Below are positions 1 to 13,049 of a DNA stretch of 64,000 bases, piece by piece (within the stretch, counting starts at the first letter, position 1; every line of letters starts with the position of its first letter). Below the pieces are notes generated by a model. That model was not told where the DNA came from. It was given only the letters and a program-made list of their open reading frames with translations, and made no database searches. The position numbers and the translations under genes were made by a program. Source of the stretch: the human T2T-CHM13v2.0 reference genome, Homo sapiens. The stretch is from assembly GCF_009914755.1 (NCBI RefSeq), contig NC_060947.1, one strand, 5' to 3'.

Positions 1-185
1 AATAATAATTGTATATATTTATAGAGTACAATGTAATGTTTTGATATATTTACATAGATCAAACATTGTGAAATAATTATATTAAGCTAATTAATATATC
101 CATCACCTCATAAACTTATTTTTTGTGTTATGAATATTTAAGATGTACTATTTAGCAATTTTGAAATATATAATACATTTTTTTA
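1..185 (-). mobile_element. L1MA-type LINE-1 3' end fragment
   Basis: 'attaagctaattaatatatccatcacctcataaacttatt...ttagcaattttgaaatatataatacatt' is typical L1MA 3' UTR; a sister fragment lies at ~31700-31940. Confidence 0.7.
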
Positions 186-297
186 GCATGAGTATATTCC
201 AAATGTTGTGTGAGGCATACTTATACTAACCTTTTTGTTATTGTTTATTTGAAATTCCAATTAAAATGGGTGTTCTATATTTTATCTGGCTACTCTA
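186..297 (+). mobile_element. MER53 MITE, right half
   Basis: 'catacttatactaa...ttgtttatttgaaattccaattaaaatgggtgttctatatttt atctggctactcta'; matches the right arm of the full copy at 55487-55670. Confidence 0.65.
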
Positions 298-710
298 ATT
301 GGGAAATGAGCAGAAAAGCTCTAAGAACGCAAAAGAGCTGTCACAAATCCCTGGAACACAGGTACTCTGACATAATCTATCAATTGAACAAATACGTCCT
401 AAACTATTTTGTCATCTGGTTTCTCTGTCCACCAGGGCATATATATGCAGTTGTGTATAGGGTGCTTACAACATCATTGTTTATTTGAGGCACCATTCAT
501 AATGTTGACATCAAGATTTACTTATTTATTTTTAACCATTCTCTGGCATACAACAGTAGTGTCTTACTCAAACAAAGTCAGCACATTATGACAATTTTTG
601 GCAGATAGAATTAAGCATCTTGAGGAAGGGGCACCTTTTTCTAGTTCACATTAAGGTGTCATGGATAGTGGTAACCCTGTACTCATTGTAGATTAGCATA
701 AAATGTGCTG

Positions 711-955
711 CAGCATTTTTCAAACCATGGACTGTAACCCATTGATGGGCTGGGAAATCATGTTAGTGGGTCACGACCAACATTAGTGATGATAATGATG
801 GAATAGAATGGAATAGAATATCAGAGTGTGTTCTATGTAATAAACGTGTTGTCGTTGGGAGTTTCTATTCAGTTTCATATGTGTCTGTCTACTGGATGGT
901 AATAAAAATATATTTCTGTTTTTGTCTCACTGTCAAAAAGATTTGAAAAGCACTG
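711..955. mobile_element. hAT-Charlie MITE (MER112-like)
   Basis: Imperfect terminal inverted repeats cagcatttttcaaa...tttgaaaagcactg; internal gtgggtcacgacc and gaatagaat motifs. Confidence 0.55.
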
Positions 956-956
956 A

Positions 957-1212
957 TGTGGTGCTAAAGAACTTAAAATCTTGAGACCAGCACATCAGAG
1001 TCCAGATCCTAGTTCTGATACATGCTTGCTGTGTAACCTTAGGCAAATTACTCGACCCTTCTGGGCCTTGGTTACCCCATCTGCAATTTGGGGATAATAA
1101 TTGTACCTGCCTCCAGGGTTATTCTGAGGATTTAATTAATTAATCCATGCAAAGCACTTAGCACAAGGCCTGGCATATAACAGTGGATCAATGCAGTTTT
1201 TGCTGTTATTAT
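957..1212 (+). mobile_element. MIR SINE
   Basis: MIR core 'gctgtgtaaccttaggcaaattact...catctgcaatttggggataataat' and tail 'aaagcacttagcacaaggcctggcatata'. Confidence 0.85.
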
Positions 1213-1933
1213 CAGTGATTAACCGAGAGCTGAGGGGGTTGGAAGAGACAGGCTCATTAACTGTGGATGAGCAGTGACAGCTGACAGCCAGATGTGGAAA
1301 GAAAGGGAATTCAGAATAATGCAAAAGCAGATGAGGCACAATAAAGGATATTAATATAGATCACCCTGAGTCATCAGGAAAAGGTTAAATTATACCCAGG
1401 ATGTTCCGTCGAATAAGACAAATTTGTAATACATTTAGAAGGGTTTCCAATAAAAATAATCTAAATAAAAAGAATTTGAACACTTAACAGAAAATACCAG
1501 TTAATTGGATAAATTAATTTATATGGAAGTTTTGGTTCTACTGCAAGTCCAGTTAAACGAGGTACTCCAGTCTGAAATATTTCCTGCAAGCAATCTTGAC
1601 TCTCATGTAGGTTGCAGGCTCTCTGAGGGCAGAGACTGAATGTTTTATTTCTTCTGTATCTCCTGCAGAGTCAGTTTGGGGCCAAGCACACAGCTGTTAG
1701 TCCTAGGGTCCTCATTCCCCAGGTTAAAATCTGGGGGCCCCTCCCCCTGTCTCCAGTACAGAACACGTCTGCCAACTGTATCAGGTACTAGCCCAACACT
1801 GAGCATGGAGGGGTGGTGGTCTTCCCTTCATCTTGCTCCTAGCTGTCTTTGGGAGATGAGAGATGGGAGCAGCATGAGAGAGTTTGCAATCTCCTTTCAT
1901 AGCCTGTTGCTGCTTACTAATACTTGCCAGGTG

Positions 1934-1936
<3 letters not shown>

Positions 1937-1996
<60 letters not shown>

Positions 1997-2003
1997 GAGA
2001 GAG
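1937..2003. repeat. (TG)n microsatellite, ~27 units, followed by short (GA)n
   Basis: Directly visible. Confidence 0.98.
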
Positions 2004-2477
2004 AATATGAATGCATTCATCTTATGGCTCCAGAGCATTATTAGGCTGTTGGTTCAGAATTCTTTGGAGTATGAAGATTCCTTTAAAAATAACCATCATT
2101 TTTTACTGAGCAAATCAAACAGCTGATCTTGGAAGAGCTTGATAAAGACATTTAGATATCAATAATCATTTTCAAATCCATTTGGGGTCTGTAGCATAGC
2201 AATCCAACATTCACTTAGAAAGCCCAAGGTTTCTCTCAAAGTATGGACATGTGTAGAGACCCCTTTTTAATGTTTGCAGTTTTTATGAGGTACCTCTTCC
2301 TGTCCCACCCTCCCAACTGCCACATCTATAATAGTTGTGCTATTAGAATATAGCGACTGAGGAAGAAGTCCATGGGCAAATAAACCTATGAATTCAACTG
2401 CACTTTAAATGAATCAATCATAGCTATATCTATCTACATTAAAAATATAGCACATATATGAGCAAGACATATTTTAG

Positions 2478-2826
<349 letters not shown>

Positions 2827-2884
2827 TGCACTCCTTTCTCTTTGCAGTTGAACAACTTATTATTTTATTTATTCACTTGTTAAC

Positions 2885-3033
2885 TAATTTTAATGCCTGT
2901 CTCTCCCACTGTACTGTGACCACCATGAGATCAGGGAGTAACTTAATTTGTGCTCACTCTTGTTCTAAGACTCAGCACGAAGCCAGGGCCCTTCTAGATG
3001 CTTATTACATTTCTGCTAAATGAGGGGATGAAT
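2885..3033 (+). mobile_element. L2 3' end fragment
   Basis: 'tgtctctcccactgtactgtga...catgagatcaggga...gctaaatgaggggatgaat'. Confidence 0.6.
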
Positions 3034-3224
3034 GGCATAGCTGCTTATGCAGCTTCTGGGCTTTTGTATGATTCTTCTGAAACCAATCAGAATTGAGCTT
3101 TCCTAAGTCCACCCCAAGGCAAAAGGCAATGCACTTATAGGTGAAACTGCACACATATGATCTAGAGTGAGAGAAATCATGTGAGTGTTGAGCATTGTCA
3201 GTAGAACTTTATTAAAAAATACTT

Positions 3225-3585
3225 TGTATTAGTTCATTTTCACAGGGCTGATAAAGACATACCCGAGACTAGGTATGTCTTACAAAAGAAAGGGGTTTAT
3301 TGGACTTACAGCTCCACGTCTGGTGAGACCTCACAATCATGGTGGAAGGCAAAAGGCACTTTTTACTTGGTGGTGGCAAGAGAGAATGAGGGCCAAGTGA
3401 AACAAATTTCCTCTTATCAAACCATCAGATCTTATGAGACTTATTCACTACCAGGAGAACAGTATGGGGGAAACCGCCCCTATGATTCAGTTATCTCCCA
3501 CTGGGTCCCTCCCACAATACATGGGAATTATGGGAGTACAATTCAAGTTGAGATCTGGGTAGGGACACAGAGCCAAACCAAATCA
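3225..3585 (-). mobile_element. THE1A/B MaLR solo LTR
   Basis: tgtattagt...gccaaaccaaatca termini; 5-bp TSD tactt/tacat. Confidence 0.92.
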
Positions 3586-4149
3586 TACATATACAATACA
3601 TGACTGGGAGATAGAACAGCAGATTTATTTTAGTTGCATGGGCGAGGAGATAGTGTTCGAGCCAAGATCAAAAGGGCAGGTAAGAAGGCAACTAAATATC
3701 TTTCCTGTACTCCCTCTGTGTATGAAGGAAGTTATCTGGACAGAGTGGACTGCAGGAACCCAGGCCCTACAGTGGAAAAGAAAAGGATGTGCTAAAGGAA
3801 CAAGAGCAGGCTGATGATGCCCACTGAAGAAACTGATGGTAAATCATTGGCCTTTAAGAGAGTCTGTGGTTCTTGGGATACAACACAAATTAAGTTTTAT
3901 TTCTTATTTTGAGTCAGTAGCACATGCATATTGTGTGAAATTCAAAAGCAACAAAGGACAGTGAAAAGTGCATTTTTCTTCCATCCAGTCAGCCCTGCAG
4001 CTGCCAGTCCAGTTTCCTTCCTAAAAGGACTGCTATTGTCAGTTCTTAAGGGAAAATTTACACTAAGGAAAGTTTGCAGGTTCTGTTTGTGTGAAATAAA
4101 TGAATACATAAATCAGTAAACTAATAAGTAAATCAATCTTTTCCTATTT

Positions 4150-4860
4150 TTCACTTTCTTGAAATATACACCAGTAACATCTTGGTAACCATCCTTTCTC
4201 ACATCTTCCTCTGCATGTGTGCCTGTGTGCACACACACGCTATTTTACCTAAAGAGTACTACAGAATACAAGTTTTCACTGTGGGTACCTTTTTAAAAAA
4301 ATGTGAAGCCTTTTTTTCCTACCCTTTATATTGCTCCCAAAAGGTAACCAATGTGAATAACCTGGTAAGTCTCTTTTCATGTCTTCCTCCATGTTTGCAT
4401 AATTATATAGAACACTTATATTACATATACAAAAGGGAGGTTTTGGTTATTTGATTTTACAACAGTGGCATCCAAGTATCGTATATATACTACCACATCT
4501 TGCTTTTTTCACTTAATAATACACCATGGAAACCACCTCATTCCTTTAAGTGCTGGCATAAAAGGCCATGGTTTAGATATGCAGTTCACTCAGCCATACC
4601 CCTTCTCACAAACATGCCTTCCATTTCCAGTGCTTTTATTTCTGTGGAGTAGATTCCCATGAGTGGCATTGCTAGGATGAAATGTAGCTATATATTTAAT
4701 TTAGTAGATAATACCAGATTCTGGTCCAGACAGACTATAACAATTCATATTTTTACCACCAGTATATGAGAGTATACTTTCTCCAGCATGTTCACATTCA
4801 CTTTTGTAAAAAAACAAAATTAGGATAACGCTTCAATTTTTTGTCAGCTATTTGTTGACC
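4150..4860 (-). mobile_element. Highly decayed L1ME-type fragments
   Basis: L1-like phrases 'ctgtggagtagattcccatgagtggcattgctagga' and 'taccaccagtatatgagagta'. Confidence 0.45.
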
Positions 4861-4989
4861 CAAATCGGGAAATATTTTGAACACTGAAAATACTTGAGTA
4901 GATTCTCCTTCAAGGCCAGAGACCTGACTAAGAAAATGCTTTGACTTTATGCATTTGACTTTAACACAACTTGGGTTAATAATCAGCAT

Positions 4990-5215
4990 GATAGCTACCA
5001 ATTGCTGAGAACATCTGTTGCATTCAGTATTTGCTAAACATTGTCTCATTTAAACTTTTAAGAGCTATTAGAAGACGCTCTTACCCCTTCCCTTTTACAA
5101 ATGAAGAAATTCAAGTACAGAGAAGTTGAGAGACTTACCAAAGGTCACACAGCCAGGATGTGTCAGAATGGGTCTGTTTAAGTTCAGCATGGGATTCTTA
5201 TCTACAGTGCCACTA
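4990..5215 (-). mobile_element. MIR SINE
   Basis: 'ttttacaaatgaagaaattcaagtacagagaagttgagagacttaccaaaggtcacacagcca'. Confidence 0.75.
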
Positions 5216-5984
5216 TACTTTGATTAGCCTGTATACCTTTGGGCTACTGGAGGTTAAGGCTAGGCCTGACCTTTGTAAAGGTGTGCATTTGCTTTCTGCA
5301 GACAGTGAAAAATGAACTGGGAATACAGTCAAGGTCCTAAGTGCTCTGTGTTTGGACCTGGCCAACTGGATGTGGGCAGCTCTGTCTTGCAGCTCTTGAG
5401 AAGGTCAAACCCCTCCTGAGGAGCAAGAGTGTCCACTTAGCCAAGGGAAATCACGGTCCCAAGAAGAGAGGCTGGAGTCTATTTGTGCAGTGTGCATTGA
5501 GAACCTGGATTTTTGTCTCCTGTCCCCAGGCAGAATTTCTGTCATTCAGGAATGGGAAGTCTTTCCTTAAGTGCTCTTCCTCCACAGCCACTTTGCTTCC
5601 AAAAGCTTTCTAGCCTATCTCAGCAAAATAAGGCAGGTAAAGGGCTTCTGGAGAAAAAAGTCTCAGAACAACTGATCACCAGGTCTTGAATCTGCTTTCA
5701 TCCCTGCAGCTCTGTTTCTGTGTTGACAGGACCAGACCATGATGCATTCTCTAATATCACTGTGATAGAAGTGCTTATTTAAATGGATTCGTAGAGGTGA
5801 TGAAATTCCTCAGCACAGAATTCCAGCCAAAGATTCCTTGTGAGAGAAAGTGAAGGACACATTGCAATTCTACCCCAAGAGATACTTATAAAGAGAATCA
5901 GATGTGGATTGGTTCATCAAATAAAGAAAATCACTGATATTAATGCTTTGGCTGGAAATGGTTTCACCTTGATAGGGGAATCAA

Positions 5985-6200
5985 AATAACTATAGTTTAT
6001 TGAGCAATCAGTAAATGACAGGTGATTTGCATACGTTATCTCATTTTATCTTCACCACAACCCTAAAGAGGTAGGTACCATTACTGTGTCCATTTTGCAG
6101 ATGAGCCAGTTGAGGCTGGGGGGGAGGTCAGTGGCTTTCTGTCTGAGATAGTACTGTGAGTAACTGATGGGAGTTGAGACTGGAAATCAGGAGTGTCTCA
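5985..6200 (-). mobile_element. MIR SINE
   Basis: 'atctcattttatcttcaccacaaccctaaagaggtaggtacc...cattttgcagatgag'. Confidence 0.75.
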
Positions 6201-6434
6201 GCCTTCCTTAACCTCCTTGTCCTTCCCCCTGAGCCTGCTCAGGATTTTGGAGCTATCTTATTTTTTTGGGCAGTTGCATCTAAGCATCATTAGACATTCA
6301 TAATAACAACAGTTTCCATTTATCAGAGACCTGCTATGCGCTAGGCACTTCACATCTGTCCTATACAGTCTGTATGACTCTAAAATCTGAGCTTTCTGTT
6401 CTTGATTCTCCACCACTCTATCCCTACAGATAAA

Positions 6435-8010
6435 GTTTCTTTAGCGATACTGACCAAGGAAAAAAGAGAGAAGGCAAAAAAAAAAAAAAAATCACGAAAA
6501 TCAGGAATGGAATAGGGAACTTCACTACAGGACTTGCAGTCAACAAAAGGATAATAAGGGAATATTACAAACAAGTATGAACACATACCTTTGACAACAT
6601 AGATAATGTGAACTAATTCCTAGAAAAATGCAAATTTTCACAAGCCACCCAATATGAAATAGATAATTTGAAAAGCACTATAATTATTTTTAAAATGGAA
6701 TTCATAATTTAAAACTCAAATAAATCTCCAGAGTAAGATGGCTTCACTTGAGAATTCTACCTTGTGTTTAAAGAATAATCAATGGCAATTCTTCACAATC
6801 TTCTTCAGAAATAGAAGAGTAGAGAACACTTCTCAATTCCTCATATGAAACTAGTATTACTCTGATATAAAAACCGGGCAAAGACAGTCCAAAAAAAGTC
6901 TACAGACTAAGATTCCTTCTAAATATAGATGCAAAAATCCCTAACAAAACATTGGCAACTAGAATTCAGAAATATATAAAAACAATTATATACCATTACC
7001 AAGTGGGGTTTATTCCAGGGATGCAAGCCTTGTTCAACATTAAAAAAAATCAATTAATGTAATCCATCATATCAACAGGTTAAAGAAGAAAAATTACATG
7101 ATTATATCAACTGATGCAGGAAAAGTTTCCCAAAATTCAGCTTACTTGTGATAAAATCTCTCAGTGAACGAGAAATAGGGTACCACTTCCTCAGTTTGAT
7201 AAAGGATATCTATAAATATCTACAGCTAACATTACACTTAATAGTGAAAGGCAGAATGTTTTCCCCCAAAGATTGGCAATAAGGCAAGAATGTCTGCTCT
7301 TGTAACTCTTATTCAGCTTAAGACTGGAAGACATATCCAGTTCAATAATGCCAGAGAAAAATAAAACATGCAAAGTGGAAAAGAAAAATCAACCATCTCT
7401 ATTTGCAGTTAACGTGATGATCTACATAAGAAATCCAAAGGAATCTACACAAAATGCATAAAATTAACAAATGAGTTCAGAAAGTCACAGGATACAAAAT
7501 AAACTTACAAAAAGAAGTTACATTTTTATATACTGTATATACCAGTAATGAAGATGTTTAAGTTAAATTTTAAAAGTACAAGAGCATATGAAACTACTCA
7601 AAAATGAAATACTTACAGAACATGTATGTTTAAAAGTACAAAATAGTAATAAAAAATCATAGAATATCTAAATTAATGGAGAGAAATATGTGTTCATGGA
7701 TTGGAAGTTTCAACATAGTAAAGATGTCATTTCTCCCCAAATTGTTATAAAAATTTGCCCAATTCTTATAAAAATCCCTGCAATGTTTTATCTAAATATA
7801 GAAAAGATTTTTATGAAATGGCAAGGAAATGAGAATAGCTAAAGCAATTTTGAAAAGAAGAAAGTGAAAGGAATAACTCTATTTCAAAACTTATTATATA
7901 GGTACAGTCATCAAGATTGTGTGGTGTTGACTGAGGGATAGACTTATATATCAGTGGAAGAGAATAGAGAACCCAGATATAGCACCACACAAGTTCAGCC
8001 AACTAATTTT
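6435..8010 (+). mobile_element. Old L1M ORF2 segment (Z/RT region), decayed
   Basis: Recognisable ORF2 nucleotide motifs 'ccaagtggggtttattccagggatgcaag' and 'tgttcatggattggaag'; many stops and indels. Confidence 0.88.
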
Positions 8011-8471
8011 AAAATAGTAATAATATATCAATAGCAACAGAAATACTAATAATAAGCTATTAATATAATTAAATAGCATAACAAATTTCTAGATTTATAA
8101 AAAAATTGTGAGGATATTGCAGAGTTTTCATATAATCTGCAACCAGTTTCCCCTCTTATTGACACTTTAGTATAGCACATTTGTTACAATTGATGAACAA
8201 ATATTAATATATTATTATTAACTAAAGGGCACACTTAATTCAAATTTTTAAAGTTTTACCAAATGTTTATTTCTAACCTGGGATGTCATCCAGAATACTA
8301 AATTCTATTTAGTTATCATGCCTCCTTAGGCATTTCTTGACTTTCTTGACAGTTTCTCACTTGTTTTTGATAACTTTGGCAGTTTTGAGGAGCACTGGTC
8401 AGGTGTTTTCCAAAATGTCCTTCAACTGAGATTCATCTAATTGTTTTCTCGTAATTAGACTGGAGTTATGG

Positions 8472-8939
8472 TGCCATAGTTTTGATGTGGTTTGTCCCTG
8501 TCAAAACTCATGCTGAAATTTGATTCCCCAGTGTAGCACTGTTAGGTGGTGGGGCCCAGTGGGAGGTGTTTTGGTCATAGGGGTGGGTACCTTATGAATG
8601 GATTAATGCCCTCTCACAGTGGTGAGTGAGTTCTCCCTCTCATGGGAATGAATTAGATCCCATGAAAGCAGGTTGTTAAAAGGTTCTGGCTGCCTTGGTT
8701 TCTCTCTCTCTTGTTTTTTCTCTTGCCATGTGATCTCTTTGTACATGTCCACTCCCCTTCTGCTTTCCACTATGATGAGTGGAAGTAGCATGAGACTTTC
8801 ACCAGAAGCTGAGTAGATACCAGCACTATGCTTCTTGAGCTTCCAAGCCTGCAGGATTGTGAACTAAATAGATTTCTTTTCTTCATAAATTACCAAGCCT
8901 TAAGTATTCTATTATAGCAAGACAAAATGGACTAAGACA
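8472..8939 (+). mobile_element. MST (MSTC/D-like) MaLR solo LTR
   Basis: tgccatagttttgatgt...aaaatggactaagaca termini; 'aaaactcatgctgaaatttgattcccca'. Confidence 0.85.
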
Positions 8940-9291
8940 TGGGTTTCTGGGAGGAAGACCATAGAGGTAAAGTGCTCTTTCATCACATCATATCAAAGAT
9001 ACCTACCATCAATGTGAGAGCACTGTTGATGTTGACCTTGAACCTGGCTAAGACAGTGTTTGTCAGGTTTCTCCACTGTAAAGTTACTCTTCCTTCCCGC
9101 TTTCTATACTTTACTCAGAAGGAAGTCACCACACGAAGGCCACACTTATGGAGTCAGACAGTTATATTCCACTTCATTTAGGGTGAAATATCTATATAAA
9201 TTATTTGAAATTCTCTGCCTGGGATATTTACTTCTTTTTCTTTATTCATTCATGCATTCATTGAGTTATACCAGTATGGACTCATGGATAA

Positions 9292-9292
9292 C

Positions 9293-9323
<31 letters not shown>

Positions 9324-9388
9324 TTTTACTTTATTATTATTATACTTTAGGTTTTAGGGTACATGTGCACAATGTACAGGTTAGTTAC
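9292..9388 (-). mobile_element. Very short L1PA 3' end with (TTTA)n tail
   Basis: 'ttattattatactttaggttttagggtacatgtgcacaatgtacaggttagttac'. Confidence 0.85.
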
Positions 9389-9929
9389 TTTAGAATATAA
9401 TCTGATATTACTTTATTTTGTTGCTGAAAGCATTCCAGCTTTGGCCATTGGGAGCTCTTTTTCAGTTGTCTTTGTATCCCTTTCACACATCCCATCATTA
9501 TTGGTCCTCACTCCCTTTTCCCTTCCCTCCCCTCCCCTCCCTTTTCTTTCCCTCCTTGCTGCCTTCCTTTGTTCTTTTGAGTAATTCCTTACTTTCTGGC
9601 ACTATAGGATACTCTATGCTCATCTTCAATACTTCCTGCCCCAGTCCTAGAATCAGCCATTTCTCCAAGGATCCCTGATTCTTTTTATTGGAGAATGGTA
9701 ATAGAATCCAACATCTGCATGCAGGAAGTGTTCTTTGCTCCTGGGGTGTCATTGTTTCTAGGCCTTCTCACCTGATAGAGGCAGGAAATTTATGTGATTA
9801 TAATAACGTGTATATACACATATTTATAAATGTTTTTATATATATTAATGACTTGCCACTTCCTGCTTCCATTTTGTAGTCTAGCAAATCAAAATGCCCT
9901 AATCTCACCTTAATCTTATCTTGCTGGTT

Positions 9930-10170
9930 AACACCTCTGGACCCTTGTTTACGCTGTTGCCCTGCTTTGCCTCCTCCAGGAAGCTTTCCCTCTCATCTCT
10001 AGTCTGCGTTATCTGTGCTTCCATGGCACATGTTCATTTCTTTATCACTGCACTATTGTGGAATATTTGAATGACACTTTGTCTCTCTCCTCAATAGAGT
10101 ATGAGTTCCTTGTGTGAAAGGATTGGGTCTTATCAATTATGATACAATCAGCACTTGTCTCAGGGTGTAT
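9930..10170 (+). mobile_element. L2 fragment
   Basis: 'cctcctccaggaagctttccct...tgtctctctcctcaatagagtatgagttccttg'. Confidence 0.55.
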
Positions 10171-11111
10171 ATGTTCACCATCTTTCACAAAGGAAGGTGA
10201 ATATACACTGTACAAGTACAACTAGAATTTGTTAATGAATCAACTTCTTCAAATGAGGAATTATATTACTTTCTATTGAATATTTACTATATTTAAATAA
10301 CTGAGCTGGAGGGTTGTTTTGGCATTGCTTAACTGGAATTTAGTTGGATAATTGGGACTTTCAATATAAGTAGAGGCAATGGGAAATTAAAGTTAGTCTC
10401 AAAGGAAAGGGAATTTGTTGGATGGTATTCCATTTTCCCTCCTCATTATGTCCTGCTACACACCTAGTTAATAGACAAACAACAACAACAAAAAACCCAA
10501 TTGCTTACTGACCTCAGTAGTGAACCCCAAATACCACCCTCTCCTATGCAAGGTCTTTGAGAGGCCTTTGCCTAAAAGCTATTAATTAAAAATATAGATC
10601 CTACCCTTTTTCCACAAGCTCTCAGATTTTGGCCTTGCAAGTGGTCCCACTTTGTCCTTGTCTTTTTCTTTCATCTTCATAGAAATAGAGCTTAGTCTTT
10701 TTAAGTTCTGCAAAGATTAATTCCAGTTAATGCAGTAATATTCACTTATCTGCCATGCTGAATGCTGACTAGACAAAATAGGGGACAGCTGCGCCCAGTC
10801 ATTTTTGGTTGGGAAAATTCTAATCTGAGCCTCCATCATCAAGGTGAAGATGGCTGTGCAATTATTTACTTTCATGACAAGCCTAGGGCTGAGCTGGGTC
10901 AGGAATTTTGGTACCTACCTGCTTTATCACAACATTAGGCAGTAATCCTCTCTTAACATGCTTGCATGGATTTCCCCTTAAGTTAACTTTGCGTAATTGT
11001 ATTTTTTTTCAAATCAAAACATATTGGAGCTATTTTAACTCTGGTGCTTATATCTCTAGGGTGATATAAAATTCTAATAATATTGAGAAGAATATTTTGA
11101 AAACCTGTTTT

Positions 11112-11184
11112 AATTTTTATTTTTTTAATTTCCATGGGTTTTGGGGGAGCAGGTGGTATTTGTTTACATGGGTAAGTTCTTTAG
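11112..11184 (-). mobile_element. Ultra-short (73 bp) L1PB 3' insertion
   Basis: Matches the 3' terminus of the L1PB at 48766+; perfect 14-bp TSD tgaaaacctgtttt (11098-11111, 11185-11198). Confidence 0.88.
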
Positions 11185-11397
11185 TGAAAACCTGTTTTTT
11201 AAAGAAGAGTTTAATCTTTTGTTTTATTCATGTGACCAATTTATAATACAAAATACTTGAGCCATCAGATGATACTAATAGATTTTGCTTTAATGGCTCT
11301 CTGTGTAGACCTTCCTTTGTGAGAACTGGTGACAGATCACTATGTAGGAATTAATAGCATCAATGAGTAAGAATCACTTTATGCTTATTTTTAGTAG

Positions 11398-11475
11398 AAT
11401 CAAGAGAACTCCCTTCTGAAGCATTTACAGATTCGTAAATTATATACCAAAATCAGCAAGATTTTGAGAATGCCG
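11398..11475 (+). other. Candidate 78-nt internal exon of an unidentified transcript
   Basis: Acceptor 'cactttatgcttatttttagtag|', donor 'CCG|gtgagt'; unique sequence; one open frame NQENSLLKHLQIRKLYTKISKILRMP. Confidence 0.3.
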
Positions 11476-12139
11476 GTGAGTTGTTAGTAAAGAACTAGTG
11501 CTCAGCAGCTCTGCCAAAGCAAGACCTATAAGAGGGGAGGCATATCTATCTACCGTAAGGAATTTGTCTTGAAATATTACATTTTAACTCTTACTTGAAA
11601 CAACTCCAACTGAAGGACACAGATTGGTATGGGTGTTGGTTGTAATGGTCCTTACAGGAATGCAGAAAGACCTAGCTTTTTAATTGATGTATCAAAATCT
11701 GCAAGCTTTTGCTCGCTAGTGGTTAATTCTAATATGAAAAGGTTGAGAAGATGGTTACTTTTCCCACATGACTCAGATGAGTACTGAATTGAATAAAAAG
11801 TGGGCAGTGGTTGTGGTGTTATATGTGTATGGTGGGCAGGAGGGAATTAAAAGTAATGGCAGCAAGGCACAGCATCTCACTTCCTTCACTTTGAGCTTCT
11901 CTTCTTAGCCCTTCTAAGCATTCCATCACCATATTTTTTTTTCCTTTTCATGATTACTCATATTGTTCTCTGCCTAAATCCCATCATTCTAGGCCAGGCC
12001 CCATTCTTAACTTCTTCATTATACAACTATGATAATAAGTATACATATATTGAGCAATGTACATGTGTGAAACCCTATGGGAGACATTCTACACACATGA
12101 TAATGTTTAATCTCCACCAGACATTGTGGAATTAGTAAA

Positions 12140-12715
12140 AAGTGGTAGGAGATGATTTGAAGAAATAAGGAGAAACCAGATCAGGTAGGGGCTTGTGGGC
12201 CATGACAGTAATTTAGATTATTCTGAATGTGAATGGATGTCATTGGAGGGTTTTGAGCAGTAGAGTGATACAGTCTGACTTATATCATGAAGTGAGTTCT
12301 CTGGATGTCCTGTAGAATGTTGATTAAAAGGGGCCAAGAGCAGAAGCATGAAGACCAGTAAGGAGGCTTTTGGAATGGTAATGAAAAGATAATGGTATCT
12401 TGGGTCAGGGAAGTAGTGATGGAAATGGTAAGAAGTGCTGGATTCTAGATATCTTGCGAAGAATGAACTGACACTTCAGGCTGATGGGTTGGATATAGGA
12501 TAGTGACGGAAAGAAATTTAAGGATGACTTGAAGGTTTTTGGCCTGACCAACGGGGTATATGGTGGTGCCATTTATTTAGATGAGGAACACTGAGGGAGA
12601 GTTTAGGGCGAGACTGAAAACCAAGAGTTCAACTTTAGGCACATAGAGTTTGAGATGCCTATTAGATACCCAAGTGGAGAAGTTAGGTAGGTAGTTGTAT
12701 ATATGAGTCTAGAGA
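12140..12715 (-). mobile_element. L2 LINE segment
   Basis: 'cattggagggttttgagcag', 'gttttttggcctgaccaac' and 'gagtttgagatgcctattagatacccaagtggaga'. Confidence 0.85.
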
Positions 12716-13049
12716 TAAGAAGAATTTAACTGCTATTGCCACTCATTGATAGGGCTAGAAAATTATAGGAAGCAATTGGCCTGGGAGGTGGGGGAATAGA
12801 AGACCAAAGATAGACTTTTCTTGTGAGGAACTGGCCCAAGCTGCCATTGGCTCTACTATATCTTCAATATCACTATGTAACAGGGGTTTTGAAAATCTGT
12901 TATAAGACCTGTTCTGGACAACTGTCCTAGAAACTATGTAGGAGCAACATGAAATGACAATAAAAAGGAAGGATGGAGAATAGAACATGTGGAAGAAAAA
13001 TAAAATTATATTCTATTCAAAATGAGCTTCTACACCAAAATTTCAAAAC

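Larger units (their letters stand above)
8085..9850 (-). mobile_element. L1MC/MD-type 3' UTR, interrupted by an MST LTR and a short L1PA
   Basis: 'catttgttacaattgatgaacaaatattaatatattattattaactaaag' and 'ccccagtcctagaatcagccatttctccaagga'. Confidence 0.75.

Noticed and set aside
1640-2126. ORFs with CVCVCV/HTHTHT runs (also 54873-55242)
   Set aside because: Translations of (TG)n/(CA)n microsatellites
10648-10683. Strong polypyrimidine tract plus AG, a possible splice acceptor
   Set aside because: No convincing downstream donor or reading frame found
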